DNA of 64,000 nucleotides from NCBI RefSeq assembly GCF_009914755.1, contig NC_060946.1; one strand, given 5' to 3'. Source of the stretch: the human T2T-CHM13v2.0 reference genome, Homo sapiens. The translations under genes were made by a program, and so were the position numbers. A model generated the notes under the pieces. That model made no database searches. It was given only the letters and a program-made list of their open reading frames with translations, and was not told the DNA's origin. Every line of letters starts with the position of its first letter. The first letter of the stretch is position 1. Below, piece after piece: positions 1 through 16,953 of the stretch.

Positions 1-3
1 AAA

Positions 4-1566
4 TTATATATGGTATATACTATATGTTATGGAATATGCTTTATATGTAATATATAACCTCATATATATTATATGTCATAATACATAATATTTATCCTAT
101 GTCATCTTATATATATTATGTATATTACATAACGTATATAATATATAATACATATTATGCATCTTAAATATGAAAAAATGTAATTATTTATAACATAACA
201 TATAGTTATATATAATATGATATATAACGTATATACTATATCATATGTGATATATAATATATATATTTTTATTACATATTATAATTTATATATATTATAA
301 TTTATATAAAGATATAATTATTTATGTAATATAAATAATTATATATAATTATATAATGAGGTATAATATAAATAATAATCTATACGATTACATATTTATG
401 TAGTTATCTGTATAAAAATATAATTATATATATAATTATATATATCATATAATAGACAACATACATATTATATAATGTATAATATATATTATACAATATA
501 TGATACATATATGATATTTAATATATCATAATAGAATATATATTTTAATATTATGTATGTAACATATATTATGTGATATATAATATATATTACGTAATAT
601 AAAATAATACAATATAATATATATTATATTATGATATATTATGTAAAGTATGTAATAAAATTACATATAACATAATATATAGTTATGTATAATATAACGT
701 ATAATTATATACGTTATATTTTATATGTACATATAATATTATACAGTTATATATAATTTTGAATAGTTACATATAATGTAATAAAAAACATATATAATAT
801 ATATCATAAAATATATATTTTATACCATATATAATATGTATCATATATTGTGTGTTATATGTCATATATTGTATATCATATATCGTATGTTATATGTTAT
901 ATATATCACATTCCACATATTGTGTATTATAAATTATATATAATATATGACATACATTACATTATATTTGATAAATTATACATTATATGTAACATAGTAT
1001 ATATTATATGTAACATGTATATTCCATGGAAAATATATAATATATAACATATATTACATATAATTAATGACATAGACATATAATATATATTTAATATATG
1101 TATTCTACATACAACATATTGTATATAATATATAACATATATTACATAAAAGTCATAAAATATAATATATATTGTATGTCATATTTTACATTTACAGTTA
1201 TATATTATTATATGTTATTTTATCTCATATATAACATAGAAACAATATATATTATATATAATGTATATTATATATAACATAGATATAATAGATATAATAT
1301 ATGTAATGTATATTATATATTTAATACGTATATTAACCATATAATATATTCTATATATGAAATATAATATATCTTATATATGTCATAAAATATAACGTAT
1401 ATTATGTGTCATATTGTATAAATAGAATGCTTATCTATTATCAATTATTATATGACATATAATATATATAATATAAGACGCAGGATGTAAAACAATATTA
1501 TATATATGTTATATGTATTATATATACGATACTATATATTATTATATACATAATGTATATTTATAT
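4..1566. repeat. AT-rich degenerate (TA)n/TATAA-type block of unit 1; recurs in every unit between the Alu A-tail and HSATI
   Basis: Almost only A/T with alternating TA runs; the same sequence restarts after each Alu tail (ttatatatggtatatactatatg). Confidence 0.92.
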
Positions 1567-2133
1567 TTGTGGGTGCCCTATTCCCCATCTGATAACTTGT
1601 TGTAAGAAGCGCAGCGTAATAATGTGTGGGCTTGGGATTCTGTTTTTGAAACAAAACACTGAGCCTTCAATGACCTTTCGGTCTCTGTAAAAGCACTCCT
1701 GTCTTCCTGGCAGCTGTTGGACCTCACAAGGTGGATTGTGCCCTCACCCTGCAATGTTGATGCCCTGTCGCCATGGTGACGGGATTAGGGATCTCCTGCT
1801 CTTGGTCCTAAGGGCCACTGTCTGTGCTGTGTTTTCCAAAGGTCAGAACAGATTGAACCTTTGTGGTTTTATTTTCCCTGAGTTTGATTTTTCTCATGGG
1901 GAACCTGTGTTGCTGCTTTGAACGTATATTCATACTGGCCTTTCAAATGCCAACTCTTCATATTACTAGTTAATGCTTTCAAAATATGTTATTTAAAAAA
2001 TTATCCTCAGTATTGTCCATATGCAGTTATAAATACGTTTCATGGTTATGTTTTATTCCTCAGTTTACATATTTGATTATTGTACCAAGCAGAGTATCTT
2101 TGAAATGTTTTTCCATTTAAAAAATATGAATCT
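1567..2133 (+). repeat. HSATI segment of unit 1; recurs in all 26 units at about -169 to +397 relative to each 61-aa ORF start
   Basis: Starts ttgtgggtgccctattccccatc and ends aaaaatatgaatct; recognised from memory as HSATI-type sequence; boundaries approximate. Confidence 0.85.
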
Positions 2134-2425
<292 letters not shown>

Positions 2426-4552
2426 TTATATATGGTATATACTATATGTTATGGAATATGCTTTATATGTAATATATAACCTCATATATATTATATGTCA
2501 TAATACATAATATTTATCCTATGTCATCTTATATATATTATGTATATTACATAACGTATATAATGTATAATACATATTATGCATCTTAAATATGAAAATA
2601 TATAATTATTGATAACATAACATATAGTTATATATAATATGATATATAACATATATACTATATCATATGTGATATATAATATATATATTTTTATTACATA
2701 TTATAATTTATATATATTATAATTTATATAAAGATATAATTATTTATGTAATATAAATAATTATATATAATTACATAATGAGGTATAATATAAATAATAA
2801 TATATACGATTACATATTTATGTAGTTATCTGTATAAAAATATAATTATATATATAATTATATATATCATATAATAGACAACATACATATTATATAATGT
2901 ATAATATATATTATACAATATATGATACATATATGATATTTAATATATCATAATAGAATATATATTTTAATATTATGTATGTAACATATATTATGTGATA
3001 TATAATATATATTACGTAATATAAAATAATATAATATAATATATATTATATTATGATATATTATGTAATGTAAGTAATAAAATTACATATAACATAATAT
3101 ATAATTATGTATAATATAAAGTATAATTATATACGTTATATTTTATACGTACATATAATATTATACAGTTATATATAATTTTGAATAGTTACATATAATG
3201 TAATATAAAACATATATAATATATATCATAAAATATATATTTTATACCATATATAATATGTATCATATATTGTGTGTTATATGTCATATATTGTATATCA
3301 TATATCGTATGTTATATGTTATATATATCACATTCCACATATTGTGTATTATAAATTATATATAATATATGACATACATTACATTATATTTGATAAATTA
3401 TACATTATATGTAACATAGTATATATTATATGTAACATGTATATTCTATGGAAAATATATAATATATAACATATATTACATATAATTAATGACATAGACA
3501 TATAATATATATTTAATATATGTATTATACATACATCATATTGTATATAATATATAACATATATTACATAAAATTCATAAAATATATATATTGTATGTAA
3601 TATTTTACATTTACAGTTATATATTATTATATGTTATTTTATCTCATATATAACATAGAAACAATATATCTTATATATAATGTATATTATATATAACATA
3701 GATATAATAGATATAATATATGTAATGTATATTATATATTTAATACGTATATTAACCATATAATATATTCTATATATGAAATATAATATATCTTATATAT
3801 GTCATAAAATATAACGTATATTATGTGTCATATTGTATAAATAGAATGCTTATCTATTATCAATTATTATATGACATATAATATATATAATATAAGACGC
3901 AGGATGTAAAACAATATTATATATATGTTATATGTATTATATATACGATACTATATATTATTATATACATAATGTATATTTATATTTGTGGGTGCCCTAT
4001 TCCCCATCTGATAACTTGTTGTAAGAAGCGCAGCGTAATAATGTGTGGGCTTGGGATTCTGTTTTTGAAACAAAACACTGAGCCTTCAATGACCTTTCGG
4101 TCTCTGTAAAAGCACTCCTGTCTTCCTGGCAGCTGTTGGACCTCACAAGGTGGATTGTGCCCTCACCCTGCAATGTTGATGCCCTGTCGCCATGGTGACG
4201 GGATTAGGGATCTCCTGCTCTTGGTCCTAAGGGCCACTGTCTGTGCTGTGTTTTCCAAAGGTCAGAACAGATTGAACCTTTGTGGTTTTATTTTCCCTGA
4301 GTTTGATTTTTCTCATGGGGAACCTGTGTTGCTGCTTTGAACGTATATTCATACTGGCCTTTCAAATGCCAACTCTTCATATTACTAGTTAATGCTTTCA
4401 AAATATGTTATTTAAAAAATTATCCTCAGTATTGTCCATATGCAGTTATAAATACGTTTCATGGTTATGTTTTATTCCTCAGTTTACATATTTGATTATT
4501 GTACCAAGCAGAGTACCTTTGAAATGTTTTTCCATTTAAAAAATATGAATCT

Positions 4553-4844
<292 letters not shown>

Positions 4845-6971
4845 TTATATATGGTATATACTATATGTTATGGAATATGCTTTATATGTAATATATAACC
4901 TCATATATATTATATGTCATAATACATAATATTTATCCTATGTCATCTTATATATATTACGTATATTACATAACGTATATAATATATAATACATATTATG
5001 CATCTTAAATATGAAAATATATAATTATTGATAACATAACATATAGTTATATATAATATGATATATAACGTATATACTATATCATATGTGATATATAATA
5101 TATATATTTTTATTACATATTATAATTTATATATATTATAATTTATATAAAGATATAATTATTTATGTAATATAAATAATTATATATAATTATATAATGA
5201 GGTATAATATAAATAATAATATATACGATTACATATTTATGTAGTTATCTGTATAAAAATATAATTATATATATAATTATATATATCATATAATAGACAA
5301 CATACATATTATATAATGTATAATATATATTATACAATATATGATACATATATGATATTTAATATATCATAATAGAATATATATTTTAATATTATGTATG
5401 TAACATATATTATGTGATATATAATATATATTACGTAATATAAAATAATACAATATAATATATATTATATTATGATATATTATGTAAAGTATGTAATAAA
5501 ATTACATATAACATAATATATAGTTATGTATAATATAACGTATAATTATATACGTTATATTTTATATGTACATATAATATTTTACAGTTATATATAATTT
5601 TGGATAGTTACATATACTGTAATATAAAACATATATAATATATATCATAAAATATATATTTTATACCATATATAATATGTATCATATATTGTGTGTTATA
5701 TGTCATATATTGTATATCATATATCGTATGTTATATGTTATATATATCACATTCCACATATTGTGTATTATAAATTATATATAATATATGACATACATTA
5801 CATTATATTTGATAAATTATACATTATATGTAACATAGTATATATTATATGTAACATGTATATTCTATGGAAAATATATAATATATAACATATATTACAT
5901 ATAATTAATGACATAGACATATAATATATATTTAATATATGTATTCTACATACAACATATTGTATATAATATATAACATATATTACATAAAATTCATAAA
6001 ATATATATATTGTATGTCATATTTTACATTTACAGTTATATATTATTATATGTTATTTTATCTCATATATAACATAGAAACAATATATATTATATATAAT
6101 GTATATTATATATAACATAGATATAATAGATATAATATATGTAATGTATATTATATATTTAATACGTATATTAACCATATAATATATTCTATATATGAAA
6201 TATAATATATCTTATATATGTTATAAAATATAACGTATATTATGTGTCATATTGTATAAATATAATGCTTATCTATTATCAATTATTAAATGACATATAA
6301 TATATATAATATAAGACGCAGGATGTAAAACAATATTATATATATGTTATATGTATTATATATACGATACTATATATTATTATATACATAATGTATATTT
6401 ATATTTGTGGGTGCCCTATTCCCCATCTGATAACTTGTTGTAAGAAGCGCAGCGTAATAATGTGTGGGCTTGGGATTCTGTTTTTGAAACAAAACACTGA
6501 GCCTTCAATGACCTTTCGGCCTCTGTAAAAGCACTCCTGTCTTCCTGGCAGCTGTTGGACCTCACAAGGTGGATTGTGCCCTCACCCTGCAATGTTGATG
6601 CCCTGTCGCCATGGTGACGGGATTAGGGATCTCCTGCTCTTGGTCCTAAGGGCCACTGTCTGTGCTGTGTTTTCCAAAGGTCAGAACAGATTGAACCTTT
6701 GTGGTTTTATTTTCCCTGAGTTTGATTTTTCTCATGGGGAACCTGTGTTGCTGCTTTGAACGTATATTCATACTGGCCTTTCAAATGCCAACTCTTCATA
6801 TTACTAGTTAATGCTTTCAAAATATGTTATTTAAAAAATTATCCTCAGTATTGTCCATATGCAGTTATAAATACGTTTCATGGTTATGTTTTATTCCTCA
6901 GTTTACATATTTGATTATTGTACCAAGCAGAGTACCTTTGAAATGTTTTTCCATTTAAAAAATATGAATCT

Positions 6972-7263
<292 letters not shown>

Positions 7264-8828
7264 TTATATATGGTATATACTATATGTTATGGAATACGCT
7301 TTATATGTAATATATAACCTCATATATATTATATGTCATAATACATAATATTCATCCTATGTCATCTTATATATATTATGTATATTACATAACGTATATA
7401 ATACATAATACATATTATGCATCTTAAATATGAAAATATATAATTATTGATAACATAACATATAGTTATATATAATATGATATATAACGTATATACTATA
7501 TCATATGTGATATATAATATATATATTTTTATTACATATTATAATTTATATATATTATAATTTATATAAAGATATAATTATTTATGTAATATAAATAATT
7601 ATATATAATTATATAATGAGGTATAATATAAATAATAACATATATGATTACATATTTATAGAGTTATATGTATAAAAATATAATTATATATATAATTATA
7701 TATAACATATAATAGACAACATACATATTATATAATGTATAATATATACTATACAATATATGATACATATATGATATTTAATATATCATAATAGAATATA
7801 TATTTTAATATTATGTATGTAACATATATTATGTGATATATAGTATATATTATGTAATATAAAATAATATAATATAATATATATTATATTATGATATATT
7901 ATGTAATGTATGTAATAAAATTATATATAACATAATATATAGTTATGTATAATATAACATATAATTATATACATTATATTATATATGTACATATAATATT
8001 ATACAGTTATATAAAATTTTAAATACTTACATATAATGTAGTATAAAACATATATAATATTTATCATAAAATATATATTGTATACCATATATAATATGTA
8101 TCATATATTCTGTGTTATATGTCATATATTGTATATCATATATCATATGTTATATGTTATATATATCTCATTCCACATATTGTGTATTATAAATTATATA
8201 TAATATATGACATACATTACATTATATTTGATAAATTATACATTATATGTAACATAGTATATATTATATGTAACATGTATATTCTATGGAAAATATATGA
8301 TATATAACATATATTACATATAATTAATAACATAGACATATAATATATATTTAATGTATGTATTATACATACAACATATTATATATATAATATATAATAT
8401 GTATTACATAAAAGTCATAAAATATAATATATATTATATGTCATATTTTACATATACAGTTATATATTATTATATGTTATTTTATCTTATATATAACATA
8501 GAATCATTATATATTATATATAATGTATATTATATATAACATAGATATAATAGATGTAATATATGTAATGTATATTATATATTTAATACGTATATTAACC
8601 ATAATATATATTCTATATATGAAATATACTACATCTTATATGTGTCATAAAATATAACGCATATTATGTGTCATATTGTATAAATATAATGCTTATCTAT
8701 TATCAATTATTGTATGACATATAATATATATAATATAAGACGCAGGATGTAAAACAATATTATATATATGTTATATGTATTATATATACGATACTATATA
8801 TTATTATATACATAATGTATATTTATAT
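7264..8828. repeat. Divergent AT-rich block (unit 4, period 2424)
   Basis: Many substitutions relative to its neighbours, several shared with the 2450-bp subtype. Confidence 0.85.
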
Positions 8829-9395
8829 TTGTGGGTGCCCTATTCCCCATCTGATAACTTGTTGTAAGAAGCGCAGCGTAATAATGTGTGGGCTTGGGAT
8901 TCTGTTTTTGAAACAAAACACTGAGCCTTCAATGACCTTTCGGTCTCTGTAAAAGCACTCCTGTCTTCCTGGCAGCTGTTGGACCTCACAAGGTGGATTG
9001 TGCCCTCACCCTGCAATGTTGATGCCCTGTCGCCATGGTGACGGGATTAGGGATCTCCTGCTCTTGGTCCTAAGGGCCACTGTCTGTGCTGTGTTTTCCA
9101 AAGGTCAGAACAGATTGAACCTTTGTGGTTTTAGTTTCCCTGAGTTTGATTTTTCTCATGGGGAACCTGTGTTGCTGCTTTGAACGTATATTCATACTGG
9201 CCTTTCAAATGCCAACTCTTCATATTACTAGTTAATGCTTTCAAAATATGTTATTTAAAAAATTATCCTCAGTATTGTCCATATGCAGTTATAAATACGT
9301 TTCATGGTTATGTTTTATTCCTCAGTTTACATATTTGATTATTGTACCAAGCAGAGTACCTTTGAAATGTTTTTCCATTTAAAAAGTATGAATCT

Positions 9396-9687
<292 letters not shown>

Positions 9688-11817
9688 TTATATATGGTAT
9701 ATACTATATGTTATGGAATATGCTTTCTATGTAATATATAACCTCATATATATTATATGTCATAATACATAATATTTATCCTATGTCATCTTATATATAT
9801 TATGTATATTACATAACGTATATAATATATAATATATATTATGCATCTTAAATATGAAAAAATGTAATTATTGATAACATAACATATAGTTATATATAAT
9901 ATGATATATAACGTATATACTATATCATATGTGATATATAATATATATATTTTTATTACATATTATAATTTATATATATTATAATTTATATAAAGATATA
10001 ATTATTTATGTAATATAAATAATTATATATAATTATATAATGAGGTATAATATAAATAATAATCTATACGATTACATATTTATGTAGTTATCTGTATAAA
10101 AATATAATTATATATATAATTATATATATCATATAATAGACAACATACATATTATATAATGTATAATATATATTATACAATATATGATACATATATGATA
10201 TTTAATATATCATAATAGAATATATATTTTAATATTATGTATGTAACATATATTATGTGATATATAATATATATTACGTAATATAAAATAATACAATATA
10301 ATATATATTATATTATGATATATTATGTAAAGTATGTAATAAAATTACATATAACATAATATATAGTTATGTATAATATAACGTATAATTATATACGTTA
10401 TATTTTATATGTACATATAATATTATACAGTTATATATAATTTTGAATAGTTACATATAATGTAATAAAAAACATATATAATATATATCATAAAATATAT
10501 ATTTTATACCATATATAATATGTATCATATATTGTGTGTTATATGTCATATATTGTATATCATATATCGTATGTTATATGTTATATATATCACATTCCAC
10601 ATATTGTGTATTATAAATTATATATAATATATGACATACATTACATTATATTTGATAAATTATACATTATATGTAACATAGTATATATTATATGTAACAT
10701 GTATATTCTATGGAAAATATATAATCTATAACATATATTACATATAATTAATGACATAGACATATAATATATATTTAATATATGTATTATACATACAACA
10801 TATTGTATATAATATATAACATATATTACATAAAAGTCATAAAATATAATATATATTATATGTCATATTTTACATATACAGTTATATATTATTATATGTT
10901 ATTTTATCTTATATATAACATAGAATCATTATATATTATATATAATGTATATTATATATAACATAGATATAATAGATGTAATATATGTAATGTATATTAT
11001 ATATTTAATACGTATATTAACCATAATATATATTCTATATATGAAATATACTACATCTTATATGTGTCATAAAATATAACGCATATTATGTGTCATATTG
11101 TATAAATATAATGCTTATCTATTATCAATTATTGTATGACATATAATATATATAATATAAGACGCAGGATGTAAAACAATATTATATATATGTTATATGT
11201 ATTATATATACGATACTATATATTATTATATACATAATGTATATTTATATTTGTGGGTGCCCTATTCCCCATCTGATAACTTGTTGTAAGAAGCGCAGCG
11301 TAATAATGTGTGGGCTTGGGATTCTGTTTTTGAAACAAAACACTGAGCCTTCAATGACCTTTCGGTCTCTGTAAAAGCACTCCTGTCTTCCTGGCAGCTG
11401 TTGGACCTCACAAGGTGGATTGTGCCCTCACCCTGCAATGTTGATGCCCTGTCGCCATGGTGACGGGATTAGGGATCTCCTGCTCTTGGTCCTAAGGGCC
11501 ACTGTCTGTGCTGTGTTTTCCAAAGGTCAGAACAGATTGAACCTTTGTGGTTTTAGTTTCCCTGAGTTTGATTTTTCTCATGGGGAACCTGTGTTGCTGC
11601 TTTGAACGTATATTCATACTGGCCTTTCAAATGCCAACTCTTCATATTACTAGTTAATGCTTTCAAAATATGTTATTTAAAAAATTATCCTCAGTATTGT
11701 CCATATGCAGTTATAAATACGTTTCATGGTTATGTTTTATTCCTCAGTTTACATATTTGATTATTGTACCAAGCAGAGTATCTTTGAAATGTTTTTCCAT
11801 TTAAAAAGTATGAATCT

Positions 11818-12109
<292 letters not shown>

Positions 12110-14239
12110 TTATATATGGTATATACTATATGTTATGGAATATGCTTTCTATGTAATATATAACCTCATATATATTATATGTCATAATACATAATATTTA
12201 TCCTATGTCATCTTATATATATTATGTATATTACATAACGTATATAATATATAATACATATTATGCATCTTAAATATGAAAAAATGTAATTATTGATAAC
12301 ATAACATATAGTTATATATAATATGATATATAACGTATATACTATATCATATGTGATATATAATATATATATTTTTATTACATATTATAATTTATATATA
12401 TTATAATTTATATAAAGATATAATTATTTATGTAATATAAATAATTATATATAATTATATAATGAGGTATAATATAAATAATAATCTATACGATTACATA
12501 TTTATGTAGTTATCTGTATAAAAATATAATTATATATATAATTATATATATCATATAATAGACAACATACATATTATATAATGTATAATATATATTATAC
12601 AATATATGATACATATATGATATTTAATATATCATAATAGAATATATATTTTAATATTATGTATGTAACATATATTATGTGATATATAATATATATTACG
12701 TAATATAAAATAATACAATATAATATATATTATATTATGATATATTATGTAAAGTATGTAATAAAATTACATATAACATAATATATAGTTATGTATAATA
12801 TAACGTATAATTATATACGTTATATTTTATATGTACATATAATATTATACAGTTATATATAATTTTGAATAGTTACATATAATGTAATAAAAAACATATA
12901 TAATATATATCATAAAATATATATTTTATACCATATATAATATGTATCATATATTGTGTGTTATATGTCATATATTGTATATCATATATCGTATGTTATA
13001 TGTTATATATAACACATTCCACATATTGTGTATTATAAATTATATATAATATATGACATACATTACATTATATTTGATAAATTATACATTATATGTAACA
13101 TAGTATATATTATATGTAACATGTATATTCTATGGAAAATATATAATATATAACATATATTACATATAATTAATGACATAGACATATAATATATATTTAA
13201 TATATGTATTATACATACAACATATTGTATATAATATATAACATATATTACATAAAAGTCATAAAATATAATATATATTGTATGTCATATTTTACATTTA
13301 CAGTTATATATTATTATATGTTATTTTATCTCATATATAACATAGAAACAATATATATTATATATAATGTATATTATATATAACATAGATATAATAGATA
13401 TAATATATGTAATGTATATTATATATTTAATACGTATATTAACCATATAATATATTCTATATATGAAATATAATATATCTTATATATGTCATAAAATATA
13501 ACGTATATTATGTGTCATATTGTATAAATAGAATGCTTATCTATTATCTATTATTATATGACATATAATATATATAATATAAGACGCAGGATGTAAAACA
13601 ATATTATATATATGTTATATGTATTATATATACGATACTATATATTATTATATACATAATGTATATTTATATTTGTGGGTGCCCTATTCCCCATCTGATA
13701 ACTTGTTGTAAGAAGCGCAGCGTAATAATGTGTGGGCTTGGGATTCTGTTTTTGAAACAAAACACTGAGCCTTCAATGACCTTTCGGTCTCTGTAAAAGC
13801 ACTCCTGTCTTCCTGGCAGCTGTTGGACCTCACAAGGTGGATTGTGCCCTCACCCTGCAATGTTGATGCCCTGTCGCCATGGTGACGGGATTAGGGATCT
13901 CCTGCTCTTGGTCCTAAGGGCCACTGTCTGTGCTGTGTTTTCCAAAGGTCAGAACAGATTGAACCTTTGTGGTTTTATTTTCCCTGAGTTTGATTTTTCT
14001 CATGGGGAACCTGTGTTGCTGCTTTGAACGTATATTCATACTGGCCTTTCAAATGCCAACTCTTCATATTACTAGTTAATGCTTTCAAAATATGTTATTT
14101 AAAAAATTATCCTCAGTATTGTCCATATGCAGTTATAAATACGTTTCATGGTTATGTTTTATTCCTCAGTTTACATATTTGATTATTGTACCAAGCAGAG
14201 TACCTTTGAAATGTTTTTCCATTTAAAAAGTATGAATCT

Positions 14240-14531
<292 letters not shown>

Positions 14532-16661
14532 TTATACATGGTATATACTATATGTTATGGAATATGCTTTATATGTAATATATAACCTCATATATATTAT
14601 ATGTCATAATACATAATATTTATCCTATGTCATCTTATATATATTATGTATATTACATAACGTATATAATATATAATACATATTATGCATCTTAAATATG
14701 AAAATATATAATTATTGATAACATAACATATAGTTATATATAATATGATATATAACGTATATACTATATCATATGTGATATATAATATATATATTTTTAT
14801 TACATATTATAATTTATATATATTATAATTTATATAAAGATATAATTATTTATGTAATATAAATAATTATATATAATTATATAATGAGGTATAATATAAA
14901 TAATAATATATACGATTACATATTTATGTAGTTATCTGTATAAAAATATAATTATATATATAATTATATATATCATATAATAGACAACATACATATTATA
15001 TAATGTATAATATATATTATACAATATATGATACATATATGATATTTAATATATCATAATAGAATATATATTTTAATATTATGTATGTAACATATATTAT
15101 GTGATATATAATATATATTACGTAATATAAAATAATACAATATAATATATAGTATATTATGATATATTATGTAAAGTATGTAATAAAATTACATATAACA
15201 TAATATATAGTTATGTATAATATAACGTATAATTATATACGTTATATTTTATATGTACATATAATATTATACAGTTATATATAATTTTGAATAGTTACAT
15301 ATAATGTAATATAAAACATATATAATATATATCATAAAATATATATTTTATACCATATATAATATGTATCATATATTGTGTGTTATATGTCATATATTGT
15401 ATATCATATATCGTATGTTATATGTTATATATATCACATTCCACATATTGTGTATTATAAATTATATATAATATATGACATACATTACATTATATTTGAT
15501 AAATTATACATTATATGTAACATAGTATATATTATATGTAACATGTATATTCTATGGAAAATATATAATATATAACATATATTACATATAATTAATGACA
15601 TAGACATATAATATATATTTAATATATGTATTATACATACAACATATTGTATATAATATATAACATATATTACATAAAAGTCATAAAATATAATATATAT
15701 TGTATGTCATATTTTACATTTACAGTTATATATTATTATATGTTATTTTATCTCATATATAACATAGAAACAATATATATTATATATAATGTATATTATA
15801 TATAACATAGATATAATAGATATAATATATGTAATGTATATTATATATTTAATACGTATATTAACCATATAATATATTCTATATATGAAATATAATATAT
15901 CTTATATATGTCATAAAATATAACGTATATTATGTGTCATATTGTATAAATAGAATGCTTATCTATTATCTATTATTATATGACATATAATATATATAAT
16001 ATAAGACGCAGGATGTAAAACAATATTATATATATGTTATATGTATTATATATACGATACTATATATTATTATATACATAATGTATATTTATATTTGTGG
16101 GTGTCCTATTCCCCATCTGATAACTTGTTGTAAGAAGCGCAGCGTAATAATGTGTGGGCTTGGGATTCTGTTTTTGAAACAAAACACTGAGCCTTCAATG
16201 ACCTTTCGGTCTCTGTAAAAGCACTCCTGTCTTCCTGGCAGCTGTTGGACCTCACAAGGTGGATTGTGCCCTCACCCTGCAATGTTGATGCCCTGTCGCC
16301 ATGGTGACGGGATTAGGGATCTCCTGCTCTTGGTCCTAAGGGCCACTGTCTGTGCTGTGTTTTCCAAAGGTCAGAACAGATTGAACCTTTGTGGTTTTAT
16401 TTTCCCTGAGTTTGATTTTTCTCATGGGGAACCTGTGTTGCTGCTTTGAACGTATATTCATACTGGCCTTTCAAATGCCAACTCTTCATATTACTAGTTA
16501 ATGCTTTCAAAATATGTTATTTAAAAAATTATCCTCAGTATTGTCCATATGCAGTTATAAATACGTTTCATGGTTATGTTTTATTCCTCAGTTTACATAT
16601 TTGATTATTGTACCAAGCAGAGTACCTTTGAAATGTTTTTCCATTTAAAAAGTATGAATCT

Positions 16662-16953
<292 letters not shown>

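Noticed and set aside
850-1047. Recurrent 65-aa Tyr/Ile-rich ORF (also 8354-8539)
   Set aside because: It is a translation of TA-rich low-complexity DNA, usually with a non-ATG start, and is broken by stops in some units (e.g. near 13010 and 61576). It recurs only because the repeat does.
4-1566. Many TATA-box and AATAAA-like motifs; resemblance to Plasmodium or organellar AT-rich DNA
   Set aside because: These are expected by chance at this base composition, and the block is joined to Alu and HSATI in every unit.
1736-1921. 61-aa ORF intact in all 26 HSATI segments
   Set aside because: TTG start and no recognisable domain. Its apparent conservation reflects near-identity of the units, and the variants seen include several amino-acid changes.
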